In this document: positions 36,171 to 49,208 of the stretch, piece by piece
Position numbering within the stretch: the first letter of the stretch is position 1
How the letters are laid out: the number at the start of each line of letters is the position of its first letter
Origin: Lytechinus pictus
Taxonomy: Eukaryota
Direction of reading: 5' to 3'
DNA: 64,000 bases
Assembly (NCBI RefSeq): GCF_037042905.1
Contig: NC_087251.1
Span: 20,276,001 to 20,340,000 of the forward strand
Program-made: the position numbers and the translations under genes
The notes under the pieces: generated by a model
The model's database searches: none
Seen by the model: only the letters and a program-made list of their open reading frames with translations
Told to the model about the DNA's origin: nothing

Positions 36171-38850
36171 GACATGTTTAACGTGCTCTTACACAGTCTT
36201 CTGTTGAAAAAGTCTAGATGCTATCAAGAGGAGAATATTCATACCTAACCTCTAACTTCGGAATTAATAATACTTTCGAGTACCTGTCTTCTCTATAACA
36301 ATCATTTAGAACAACGACTTATTTTCTATAACTTCATAAATCCTTAATATACATCATAGCAAAATATACATTTAAAAAAATGTATTTCCAACACGAAAAT
36401 GATATACAGGACCTTGTCCGTTGGATCAATGTATGCATTACTCGACCAGTAGTTCTGTAAACAGAGATCAGCGAAAATGATATGAAAATATTAAGATACT
36501 GATATTAAAAAGAATACAGAAATTAACATACCGACAGTTACGTCAAAAAATCGTACCTTTCTTCTAAATTTTGAAGGAAAATATTCCATGATCGGAGTAA
36601 TAATACTCTAGTGATCAGTCAACAATCTTTCTAGCAATTTTAAGCTGATATAGCAACGTTTATCGTATGCGCTGTATACTCCGTAGATTATCATCTACAT
36701 GTACATCATGTACAGTAGTGATACATATATTTTTGAATCTCTCTCTTTGTTTGATATTATCTTCGAAATGAACTGGACTGTTTACAGGTCTGCGACAGTC
36801 ATGAAGATATCATGTCGATATTGTTCATTCATGAAACAAGTGTTATAACCATTATTACGTATTGACAAACAATAGATGTTTGTGATGATACACACATTGT
36901 AATCAGCCTAAAGTCTTAGTTGTTTCAGTTTTCTTTATCAATTTCCTAATCAATCTGTGAAGGACCAATGCACTGAAATCTATATTATTGCAAGAATGTC
37001 TATAAAACTCCGCCTTTTCCAGTCAACTAAAGTATAAAATTGGATAAAAGAGTGAGAAGCTCATAATCCATATCCTCTGGTTTGAGTAAATGCATACTGA
37101 AGCATCTGATATAAAAGTATAAAGTACTATCATGAACAATGTGTGTATACCATTTTTTGAAATTACCATATTATATACGCCAGCGAATATATAAGATGTG
37201 GTAACTACTGATACTGAAAACAAATCACTAAAACTACCATAATGTTTAAAAAGTTGTACAATTTTCTCCCAAAAGTCGTGGTAGATATCACAGAATATCA
37301 CATAATCTAGATAAATGGCATTACTGAGTATAACGTCGATATCTCTATTACTAATACGACTCTTTTACAGAAGAGGTTAGATTCACTTGAAAATTCAATC
37401 ATTGATAAGAACGTTATTCAACTGCCACTCTTTTTTTTTTCTTCATGGAAATGGTACAGCGCTCGATTTTCAAAGGTATATGTGAAACTATGCACCTTGT
37501 AATATCATTCTCCACAAAAGCATGTATAAAACCAGGTAAACACTATTTCAAATAAATCGTTTTCCGAAGTGAATAAGACATCCTTTTGCAGGAGAGCTCT
37601 AATATGTGTGCATGATAATACGGCTGTTCTTACTATATACTGTAAACACATTCTTTCATGTTTGGTCGTTGTGTAAGTTAAATCTAATCATTGACCGATG
37701 AACTGTGTCCTTAAATGCATGTTATGAGTATCGATGGTGACTGTCACTATAGAGACGATGTTAACACGGTCAAGTGATTCCCTCTGAATTGTACTATTTC
37801 GTGCTTAATCTCTTACCCGATTCTTTTTCTTATGGAATGTTGATTTTTACTAATTTCAATAGTCTATTTAAACAATCCACAAATCAATTAAATTACATAT
37901 CAACTGAATTCAGGTGTATGGAACTTGCAGATTACATTATACAGTTATAGAGCAGCTGCCAAGTAACTAAATTGTCTCACAATTCGATGAAACATGTAGT
38001 TACTATTGAGCTTTAAGTTTTGTTGCCTCCTTTTAAACTAAATTGCGTAACTTAATTGTTTGACTTTTTTCGCTGGCTCGATATAGTGTTCTTGTGTTCG
38101 CAAGCTCAAAGCAAATTCTTATTAATTTAGTCTCATTATTTTCAATAGTGGAAAATCTTTACCACCTTCAAATTGTATACTGCACTTACGGTTTACTAGA
38201 GCGTCTTCTTTATTTTTTTATGTTTGACTGTATGACGTTCTGCTCAATAATTGCCATAGAATGTAATTCAGCTGTTCTTCCTAAGCTCCTTTATATTTTT
38301 CCAATTTTTTGTCTTTAATAATTAAGGCATCTGCAAAATGGACTATTACTTACGACTTCTCGAGCAAAATCCATTTATCTTTTTTTCACATGGATCATCT
38401 ACCATTAATGCTTTGAACTTGTTGAATATGATATCAGATAATGTGTACTTTAAAAAATAAAAGATTGGATCTTAATGAGTTTTGGATTGGAAACGGATCC
38501 ATTGTTCGGCCCCTCAGTGCTGGAATTGTTTTTATCCTTGATACATTAGGCGTACTTGATATATTTAATTCATGTTATTTTGTATCTTGCTCAATTTATT
38601 TTGTTAAATGTTTGAGCATGAAAAGAACATTATTGATGTACTATCATATATAATATGTATATTCGTGTGTAGATACGATTTAGACACCCGAAGTCCCACA
38701 CATACAAAACAAAACATTTTTGAGACCACATTGTAACTGTTATGTTCCCTTCAATATTAGAATTGTTCAAACATGTCTACATGCACTCTGCACAACACCC
38801 CGACACCTTCCCTCACGCTTGGTCCTTACAGGTGTCACCTACCTTTTTAA

Positions 38851-39302
38851 ATGACCTCTAATTTTGATGAAATAGACCAAATAAATAACAGAAATGATAT
38901 TCGAAATTGTAGTTATTATACCTCCCAAGAATTTGTATCAGCTTTTGAATCAAATGATAAGTTATTTCAGAATGATGATATACATTTTGTACTGTGCAAT
39001 AATCTCAGTCTTGTACATTTTAATTCAAGAAGTATTAGTAGAAATTTTGACTCTGTAGAAACATTTTTAAATTCCCTAAACACGTTTTCATTTTTAATTA
39101 TTGGTGTTTCTGAAACTTGGCTGTTCCCACTTCCCAGACATATACAATATACCTAATTATCGCATGTTACAATACTTACATGTTGAAAGAAGAGGCAGAG
39201 GAGGTGTGGCAATGTATATCAACTCAAAACTAGTAAAATACAAAGTAAGATCAGACATTTACATTAATGACAATTGACAAAGAAACTCTCTTTATTGAAG
39301 TA
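38851..39302 (+). pseudogene. LINE ORF2 N-terminus (APE endonuclease, CR1-like), truncated
   Basis: NCSYY.., LSLVHFNSRSISRNFD, IIGVSETWL, then in shifted frames RGRGGVAMYIN and ETLFIEV. Confidence 0.8.
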
Positions 39303-39504
39303 GCTGCACGCTGTAAGCAATTTTTTATCGAATAATGTACATACACTTGCACGCTGCACTTCACCAGTACGACAATACACCAGACGGTGGACTGTACTGT
39401 TTCCAGAAGAAGAAGAAAACAGATCCTTTTTCACAAAAGTTTATGTTCTAGAAGCCCGTTTGGCGACTGCTTGCAACTGTTGCGATTATGTGCAACATAT
39501 ATTA

Positions 39505-39679
39505 CAGGGGCCGCGGAACCGGGGGGGAGGGGGGGCTGGGGGGCTTCAGCCCCCCCACTTTTTTCCAAAACCGTGTACAAAAACTTAAAAATGACCATAT
39601 GATTGTGATTTTTAGCATGGTCAGCCCCCCCCACTTTTGGCTCAGCCCCCCCACTTTGAAAACCGTTCCGCGGCCCCTG
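39505..39679. mobile_element. G/C-rich MITE (second copy at 42300-42412)
   Basis: TIRs caggggccgcggaa..ttccgcggcccctg; 5-bp TSDs tatta here and cttga at the second copy. Confidence 0.8.
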
Positions 39680-40038
39680 TATTATGACGACTGGGCCTAG
39701 GCCTAGATCTAATTCTAAGTAAAAAAATGCTCGCAAACGATCTGCACTCAAATTGCACGGGCAATTGTGGGCGCTAGTGTAGTTTAGCACCTCCCCGTTT
39801 AATGGTTTTCAAACATGTACAATCTCACCCTAAATAATTCACAACCTAAAATACTTGCATCTGAGCCTCCAAAGTCCAGTAGAACTAGAAGTTGAATATT
39901 TGCCGTTTTGACACTTTTTTACAAAGTTTTACACCTATTTCGGAATCACTCGGTCGCTTGATCAAGCTCAGCGCTGCACATAAGCAGTCGGTACGCGTAC
40001 AGTACGTACCACCTACAGTAGTGAAGTGCAAGAAGAGC

Positions 40039-41151
40039 TCTTCTCTTCTTCTTATGTTGGTTTGAGTGGCAATTAGTCATATTTGACTATTGTCGCCATT
40101 GACTTTATCTATAAAATCTCACTTCTCATATTATTACCAATATGATGTATACATGCATATATGAAATATTTTTCTTGTGCATCCTTCTATTATAAAAATG
40201 ATGAATATAGTATACCGGTCTACAAAAGTTTGTCTTAACTATTGTCAAAATGGCATATAAACAAATCTTCACCAAAAACAAACCGCTATCTTCAGCCCAG
40301 TTCCAACTAGTTGCGCTTGCCCTGCCCTTTCTAAGATGCAATCATACCGGTCAGCACGGTACATTGTGCCGATTTTTCGGACATAAAATGCCTAGGTCAC
40401 CCATGCATAGACAAGGGGGCGCTAGTGTACCTGTGCTTACAGATGGGTTAAACATTAATATTTTTTTTAATACTTTTTTACAATAACAACAACAACAACA
40501 AGGCGAAAACACTTGTGGGCTCGGTTAGTTAAAAGTGCAGAACATATTATATATACATATTATGTATGTATATATATATATATATTTTTTTTTTTCACAT
40601 AGAACTTTATATACGAGCATATCCTTTCATATTTCTTATAAACAATACAATATAATAATAGCACATATCACTCCTTACTAAAACGTTTCGTTCTTGAAAC
40701 GAAACGTACAAATGCTTTCTGTATCCCTGGATCATCTTTTTTTAAATACTCCATTATTTGTCGAGGCTGTGATTCATTCAATTCTGCAAGGAGCATTGAT
40801 CGTTCAATTGTATATTTTGGACAATGTAAAAGATAATGTCTGACAGTTTCTACCTCAGGACATCTATCACAAAGCCCTGTTTGATGGATCCCTAATCTTA
40901 GTAGATCTTGGTTAAGACCAGCGACTCCAAAACGGAGACGATGGAGTACAGTTTCCTGTCTCCCTAGATTACATTCATATGTGGATAGCACTGATGGTTG
41001 CAGTTCTTTCAGTGCTGAGTTAGTTTTATTCCATCTTTCTTGCCAAATTATCTTACAACTTTTTGAAATAAGTTTCATAATTTCTGATAATGTTATTTGA
41101 TTATGAATTTCTATTTTGTTTGATAAAGCATTTTTTGCGCAGGAGTCTGCT
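40039..41151 (-). mobile_element. I/Nimb-like LINE 3' end (end of RNase H, CCHC finger, 3' UTR, AAG-type tail)
   Basis: ADSCAKNAL..WQERW..LHRLRFG..CDRCPEVETVRHYLLHCPKY; minus-strand tail aagaagaagagaaga; splits the left arm of the host MITE. Confidence 0.78.
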
Positions 41152-41954
41152 AGTTTTTCTATGGTATCTTCAAAAAGATTTTTTCCCCTCTTTCAGCTTG
41201 CACTAAGTATTACGGTAGTGGTTGTGCAGAGTGGTTTTTTTAAGGATGAAATGTACATTGCATGTCCCAGGTGGTATGGATGGAGATGGTACGGCGTGTG
41301 AAAAATTGAAAAATGTAATCTACTAGCATGAAATCAACATAGCATACAATTGTAAACTGAAGGAAAGTTCTCTGACCTAGAGTTCAAAACAAGGCTCTAC
41401 ATTATTATTTCTTACTTCATCGCTAAATCTACGTGTATTCACATTTTTCACATTTCTTATTTCATTCAAACAAGCACACACACGCACACCCCACACACAC
41501 CTTCACACAACAAACATCAACCACTCTGCACAACCACTACCGTAATACTTGGTGCAAGCTGAAAGAGGGGAAAAAATCTTTTTGAAGATACCATAGAAAA
41601 ACTCGCTCTTCTTGCACTTCACTAGGTGGTACCACTGTCAGTGGGTGGTACGTACTGTACGCGTACCATAGAGATGTATACTAATTACGCTAGAGTGCGG
41701 AGTCGCCATAGGCGCGCGTACATAACGTCTGTGATTGCGCGGAAGATGGTCGGCCATTGCTCGATAGGTCTAGATTCGCAAAAGCACCCGGATGTACCCA
41801 TAGCTCCTCGTACGTTGTAACGCTGTTGAAAAGGGATGCTGTCTCCGGCTTTTATCTTGAAGAAAGGAATCAAACCTAATTACAATTGAAAATATGAATG
41901 ACAAATTGCATCTCAATAAACTATTAGTGTGATTACATGGGGATTCTGCTATTC

Positions 41955-42943
41955 CAGGGGTTCTCAAACTACGGCCCGCGGGCCGGATCCGGCCCGTTGA
42001 GCTTCTCAATCCGGCCCGCGAGACTCTGCTGGGTTTTTTAAAATAACTTTTAAGTCACAATATGAAACATAGCTCAATATGATTACATTGTGTATCCATG
42101 TAGACCTAACCGTAATAAAAGTAATGGCAGTCAAATTAATTTGACTTTTAAACAAAGTTTAGTGGAGTCTTTTCTGTCTGTTCGATCTATATTAGATGAC
42201 CAGCGCTGTTCTCACCATGTTTGGATCTACATACAGGTGCGAAAGTGTATTTTCCACTCTGAACATTTTAAAGAACTAACTCATACCGAAGTACCTTGAC
42301 AGGGGCCGCGGAACGGTTTTCAATGTGGGGGGGGGAGGTGGCTGCACCTTGCAAAAAATTGTAAAAGTGTGGGGGCTGAACAAACCCCCCCCCCCCGCTT
42401 CCGCGGCCCCTGCTTGACCAGTGAACATTTGCACCAGTGCCTTCGTCTGGCAATTAGGCCTACACCTTTTGTGCCAAGGTGCAAGCAACTTGCTGTTACG
42501 TTTCCCATATTGAAAGTGACTCTATAGGAGACTGACATCCTTGTTATAGTCTACAACAGACATGCTCTATTATTCATTCTACTTTGAATCCAAAAAAATA
42601 TTGATACTTCAAGACATTATCTGTCTTCCCAATACCAGGTATGTATAGGTACAATCTATATTCCTTTTAACAAAGTACTACAAGTTTGTTATCATATTGA
42701 CTCTCGATGTTTTTTTAAATCTTTTCTAATTTTGCCTGCGTTCCATATGAATCTGTTAAAAATTTGTTGGATTAAATGCTCCCAAAATAAGGACCAGATT
42801 GAACAAGAGAGCATCTCGGACCCGACCGCAAGTGTCTTTGCGCTTCGCGCACATTTTTTTCTAAGTTTTCACTTCACCCTGGCCCTTTCAGGTTTACTTG
42901 GAGTCTCATCTGGCCCTTCAAAGAAAAAGTTTGAGAACCCCTG
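41955..42943. mobile_element. hAT (Charlie-like) non-autonomous element
   Basis: caggggttctcaaact..agtttgagaacccctg; 8-bp TSD tgctattc; subterminal ggccc repeats. Confidence 0.85.
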
Positions 42944-45900
42944 TGCTATTCATTTGTCTTTTTATCTGGATTCTCGGGATGAAATTCTCTATACAGCGGC
43001 ATTTACGATTACCTGCCACATGCCTAATAATATAGATAACAATATTGATAATATGACATAAATAAGTAGAAAAAAATAAAACATACAACATTAAAAGTAA
43101 ATTTTGACAATTATTTCAAAAGACAGTGAATTAGCCCATCTTCTCTGAACTTCCCTATCTTTGGCTTTAATGATACATCATCCTTTGGCACATTCCTTCG
43201 TCCACATTATTCCGTGTTCTCATGACCAAGTGATGGATATAATTTTGTAATTTTGATTCATTTCAACTCTATTCGTTTCATTTCATTTCACTTCACTTCA
43301 TTTTTTTTTTTCATTTTCATTCAAACATAATACAAAGTAATATAAATCGGATAGGCCCTACAAGTTTACAGATGAACATTCTTATCTCGTAAAAACCCAG
43401 TAGGCCTAGTAAAATTGAGCATAAATGGCCAAGTACATGTAACTTGCATTAATTTGTATGAAGTATATACTATTTTTTTTTTTAATGTACAATAATTTAT
43501 ATAAGTGTTTTGATCTTTGACTACTATTTTATTAGCAAGTATAGAGTATTTAAAGGGCATCGTATTAATTTTACATCATGGTGAGCCTTCCGTTACACCA
43601 TCAATGGTAAAACTATATTGGGTTTTCAGTGCACTTGTTTTTTTTTTCTCATAGGAACATGATAAATTCCCTAAATCTGCGGGGCCTATATCGCACCGAA
43701 AATGAAATATTGAAATATTGTCAAGTCTAGATTTTCCAGAAAATCAAAGAGAAACTCTTTTACATTGCTTTAAACACGCATTGTAATTTGTTTATCATGT
43801 TATTTGCAAGGCAATACTGTAAACATAATTTCCCCCATTAGGCCTCCTGTACATTACAAAATTGTACAACTGCATGCGCGTTTTTGATATGCAAATTTTG
43901 CTGTCAACAAACTTTTCTACATTGATTTGCACGTAAGAAAGTAATTAAAATGATCGGATGGTTGCCAATATTGGAAATCTAAATCATATAACTCATAGAT
44001 TCATCAATTAACTGGACCAATGCGTAAATCATTTTCAAATATTATCAATAAAATGTCATTTTTATGACTCACGATTTATTGTGATGACGGTTCGACGTTT
44101 AAACCCATGGGGAAAAGGAGTTATGGCCTATTCTGATGTCTATGTGTCGATCTAGTACATGGAAAAAAATAAGACAATTATTAAAAAAAAACAGAAGAAA
44201 TAAATTATCAGCATCATGGATATGCCTAGGCCTACATGTTATTTTTAATATTCTTTCCAAATCATTAGAAAATAAAAGTCATAGAAATAAATGTAGCGAC
44301 CTATCGAAATGTTTAATATGACCAAAGCAAAAGCAACTCTGGATGCATCATTGGCCTGTATATGCGCTATTGATATTCCTATATATATATAGGCATTTTT
44401 GTTCTCGTTTTGTTAGATTTTTTGTTAATTTAAACTTTAATTCAGTATATTCAAAACTATTTAACTTTTCCATTTGCTTTCGAGCTCATATGCCATCATT
44501 TTGTTCCGTTTCTGTGCTATCACTGTACATGCCCCATAGGTACTGTACGCGCATGGCCACCCAAGGGTTCATTACATGCCGCCGCGCACAGAAAATTCAA
44601 GCCATAGAAGTCGTGTGTTGTGGACCCAAGAAGTGAGATCCCAGCATGCGCGACCCACTAGTTAGAAATCCACTGCCAAACGCGGTTCGTGGTGCGAGGT
44701 TAGTATACTAATACTAACCTCGCAATACGTGTGAGTGGCGCATGGCAGGCTTCAAAGACCTATCGAGTAATGGCGGCCGGTCTCCGCGTAATCACAGCGA
44801 TTTGACGAAGTACGCCCTCTAGCGTTATTAGTATACATCTCTATGGACTCACTCACACAACATGCGAGGTTAGTATACTAACCTCGCACAACACATGTGA
44901 TTTCATAGTGCATTTTGACGTTTTCTTTCATCACACGAATGTGAGGGACTAAACTACGCCAAACCTTTCAATATTTGTCCACTATGTTAATCTTGATCGT
45001 ATGGTCTAAGTTTATTTGAAAAAAAATTATAAATTATTTATTAAAGTGTTTTTATCGCTTACCTCCAAATCTCAACCAGGATACTTCGCTCGGTCCCTCC
45101 TTAGTCATCCTTCGTACTGCGGTGGAAATTACGCAAACAACAATCGAAATGCGAAATTTTCCTATCGAACATTCTCGATTCAAGTCGTCGGCGCATAATA
45201 GGAAATTGTACCAAAAATCAACATAGTTCTCTATTTATTCAAACAATTTTTTCTGGGGTGCACTTGACCTTTAAGAGATTTTCCAATGAAAATATTACAT
45301 GGAACTTGGAAATACAAATCATAATTTGGTTGAACAAAATGTTTTCTGTTAAAGTATAAAACAGAAGAGGAACATATCCTTCACGTATTATTATATCCAA
45401 AATATGTTGCCTTAGTATGGAATAATCACAATGACATAAAATGAAAATGGGTAAAGTACCTTCCTAATGATCATTGAGATTTCGCCTATGGAATCATTGT
45501 TTAATAATTTTCAAAGCTTTAAATAGATGAAAATGTTCATTGAGAAAATATACATATATATATATGAACAAAATGATAATGTCCCGATTGTTTCGCATTA
45601 CGTGTGTTAGATTGCGGGCGTTTGTGTGTGTGTGTAGGAAGCAAGATATTCGTGTTAATGTTTGCACAAAAAAGGAGAGGGAAAGGGAAAGGAAAAGGGG
45701 AGGGGGAAAGGTAGAGGAGAGAGAGGGAAAAGGAGACCATAAAATAGAAAGAAAACAAAGGAAAGGAAGAGGGGAAGGGAGAGAGAAAGAAAAATGGAAA
45801 GAGCGAGAAAAGAGTAGGGGAGGGAGAAAGGAAAGAAAAGAAGGGAAAGGAAAAAGGGAGAAAGGGAATGGAGGGGGCGGGAAAGGAAAGGAGAGACAAT

Positions 45901-46541
45901 AAAAGACAGATCAGGGGAGGGGGAAAAGTAGAGGAGAGAGAGGGAAAAGGAGGCCATAAAATATATATAGGTCTCCTCATCATGGTTATAAAAAGTGCTC
46001 AGAATGTTTTATTTTCAAGTCCTTGTATCAGAATTTTCAGCTCGGGCAGCTCTATCGCATTTTGATTACTATCCTGTTGATTTATTTACTTGAACAAAAT
46101 ATTTAAAATGTCCAGCTTTTAGAGCAGATATCAAAAAAAGGTATTCACCTTTGATCATAGATGAGGAAGAAGAAAAAAGTGCAAAAAAATAGGAAACAAA
46201 CTAACGAATTAATGTGACATAATTTTTTTTCATTTCAAGGCGACTCTTTACATTTCATCATCGCTGATGGCGCTACAATAGAAAATACCGCTTGACAGCA
46301 AAAAAAAAAACAGAAAGAGGAAAATAATGCTGAGCGTCTAAAATGCAGCTAGCAGTACAAGCTGCAGAACCGTAAACAAACATCTTGTGAATAATATCGC
46401 GCGCCCTCTTTAAGCAAAAGTTTACAACCACAATGACCCTGCGGTATCTACGTGAAGATCACGAGAAAATGCTTTTTTTTTCTTAAAAACACACCAAAGA
46501 GAAGACAAGAAACGATCCATATGATTCGGTAAGTGTCATAG

Positions 46542-47223
46542 TAGGGTGTCTGAAGCCACACTGAAAAGTGTCAGCATAAAACAGGCTAATTTAGGGGAAA
46601 ATATGGCACATTTTTTCAGGGAAGTTCAGGCTACTAGAAAAATGTGATCTGAATTGATTATTAACTTGTGTTTGGCATGTATGGAAAGAGAAAATTCAGG
46701 GGCATCTTTTGACAGTAAGGACAAGTTTATATGATCATTTTAAATAAGGGTTTAGAGATAAATTGCAAACCCTTATTTTTGTGTGTGTTGAGATTGCCAT
46801 TTCTCCATGCGTTTTCTATGGGAAAATGAAATTTCTGTTTTGCACAATTTTTTTCACTTTGTCGCAATTTTTCATTGTGATCTGGTTTCCAAATCTTTAT
46901 GAAAATCATACCATCAGATAGAGCATAAAAAATCCTATTGGACTCTTTATGGACAAGTTTTTGGCATTAATAATAAATTTATAACAGCTCTCGGAAGCTA
47001 AAAATTTGGATTTGTGTGTGTCCATTTCTTAACTACACAGTCTATGGCAGAGAAATGCTGAAAATTTACCTAATTTCATTCTTCTTTTTTGCAGCCAATA
47101 ATTGGATTTTTTTCAAAATTTTTACATTTCTGTCAGTCTGAAGGTCATTTCTCTTCAAATTCACAAAGAAAATGTGATGTTTTCTTGAAATAAGAAAAAT
47201 AATTTTTTTCTCCAGACACCCTA
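46542..47223. mobile_element. TIR element with 7-bp TSD
   Basis: tagggtgtctg..cagacacccta flanked by gtcatag on both sides. Confidence 0.78.
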
Positions 47224-47708
47224 GTCATAGCACAATTAGAAACATTATTTTAAGAGGAATGGCATAGTTATTTTAGTAAAAAGGGTGTGAAAAATTCGCG
47301 TGCACCATGTGCATATGAATCCTTCGCACGCGAGATGCATTGATCCCATGAGATAGCACTATGACGCGTACCGACTGCTTACTTATGTGCAGCGCTGAGC
47401 TTCAAGCGACCGAGTGATTCCGAAATAGGTGTAGGGCCTAAAACTTTGTAAAAAAAAGTGTCAAAACGGCAAATATTCAACTTCTACTGGACTTTGGAGG
47501 CTCAGATGCAAGTATTTTAGGTTGTGAATTATTTAGGGTGAGATTGTACATGTTTGAAAACCATTAAACGGGGAGGTGCGAAACTACACTAGCGCCCAAT
47601 TGTGAAAGCCCCTTCACACTGACATGACTTTACATGGTTGGGACTGAAGTGAAAATAAATAATTTTTTAACCATCTCTAACGTTAGAGACTACGGTACCG
47701 GTACGTAC

Positions 47709-47848
47709 AATTTGATAAGCCATTCCCCTTCCAGCGTCCTTGACCAATTCTTGTCTGTAATCTTCACAACATGTGTCTTTCCTGATTCTCCAAATCGAAA
47801 TACAAATATGAGGAATAATATGATCAAAACTTCGCGTTTTGGATACAT
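47709..47848 (-). CDS. TMX1: TMX1-like thioredoxin-related transmembrane protein, coding exon 1 (signal peptide and start of Trx fold)
   Basis: ATG at 47848 gives MYPKREVLIILFLIFVFRFGESGKTHVVKITDKNWSRTLEGEWLIK(F), matching the TMX1-type N-terminus (ITDxNWxxxLEGxWxIxF). Donor GTACGT, phase 2, joins exon 2 in frame. Confidence 0.9.
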
Positions 47849-48333
47849 TTTCTCCAGTGTTGTAATATGGTACTTCGATGATCGCAATAAAATGATAAAG
47901 GGCGGCCTACCGGTATATAGTCTATCAGTTCATGCTTAACGCACGCTTAATTGTGTTTCCTGCATGCTGTGCATGTGAGCGCAAGATTGCTGACAAACTC
48001 ATTGCTACTCTCTGTGTCAATAACGACTGGTTCAAGAGTCAAACACATTTGGGCCATTGCACTTCCTCATTGACGTACACGTGTAAATCGCTGGCAACCT
48101 GATAAAATTGATAGTAAAAGTAAACCATGGAGCTATTAATTATGGTAAAACCATGCACACGATGATTTTCACAAAAACTCGGGAAGCCAGGGAATTTATA
48201 TCCTGGATAGGTAAACCATCACTGACATGGATCCGGACATATATTATATTTTGGGTTAATTGGCATTGTGAAAGGGGGGGGGGGGGGGGCACAGCTAGCC
48301 AAAATACTGTAGGGCCCTGGACAGGCGAAATTT

Positions 48334-48935
48334 CAGTCCGCAAGCCCCTGTGTTAATGAGCAATTAAATGAGCAAAAATTATCCAAGTCCTCTCGTGGCT
48401 GATTTCATGTCCCTGCAAAATCTCGTGAATTGTGAGACTTTCTTTCTCAAAGAATATTTAACCACTTTCTCCTCGAGTAATATTGATTATTTTTGTACCA
48501 TGGGCAAGAGTGAATGTTACTCTTTTATATTGGTCATTTCTTTTGAATGAAATATTTTGATAAATAAGTGAATTTTTTACCTGAAAAGATGCATCAAACA
48601 TAATTTTCTTCCTCTGTTTTCACTTGCAAATTGTGCAACATTTTGTGTTTTAGGCACCAACATTATTTAAAAAAATATTTTGTTTCATGTTTTAGATCAA
48701 AAGTTTTTCCTATATTACAACATTCTTTTAAAAATCCAAACACATGACCTGAAAGAATGATTCTTATTCTTTACAAAGATACCAAAAACATGAAATTTGG
48801 TCAATATTTAGAGCAGCAATGGCCGAATAAAAAGAGGTGTTTTGGTTCGCACCAAGCTCATTAACTATGCAAAAACCCTCTAGTCATGAATATCACTTGG
48901 ATAAAAGAAGCTACTTTTTCAGGGCTTGCGGACTG
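48334..48935. mobile_element. MITE upstream of TMX1
   Basis: TIRs cagtccgcaagccc..gggcttgcggactg; no clear TSD. Confidence 0.6.
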
Positions 48936-49208
48936 ACTGTACGAGATCATAAAATTTAACCTTTGGACCTGCTGTCCATATTCTCAAGTGATACAAGATT
49001 TAACATTTGGGGGCTGCTGTCCATATTCTAAAGTGATACAAGATTGAAATAAATGGTACTATTTTAAAGATATGAACAGTTGTCATAATTGTTTAATCGA
49101 TCACTTTATTCGTAATCATAAATTTACTTGTTATAACAGGGGCTGATCCAGCCTTCTCCAATAGGGTGGGAGATTTTTTCAGCCACATTTTCCCCGATCG
49201 GCCGCTCG

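Larger units (their letters stand above)
41667..47363. mobile_element. Composite P-like insertion (CATAG..CTATG termini, 8-bp TSD)
   Basis: TSD acgcgtac at 41659-41666 and 47364-47371; the ~100-bp left TIR (41667-41772) pairs with an internal copy at 44755-44845. Confidence 0.72.
39770..47596. mobile_element. ~1-kb foldback MITE (Merlin-like termini) expanded to 7.8 kb by two nested insertions
   Basis: Termini ggcgctagtgtagttt..aaactacactagcgcc, 8-bp TSD caattgtg. Left arm = 39770-40038 + 41152-41225; right arm = 41520-41666 + 47372-47596. Confidence 0.82.

Noticed and set aside
45063..45200. Minus-strand exon-like segment with strong donor (GAG|GTAAGC) in TMX1 intron 1
   Set aside because: The ATG frame stops before the donor and TMX1 exons 1 and 2 already join in frame; it lies within transposon cargo.
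45537..45983. 148-aa hydrophobic and 120-aa charged ORFs
   Set aside because: Low-complexity purine/pyrimidine tract.
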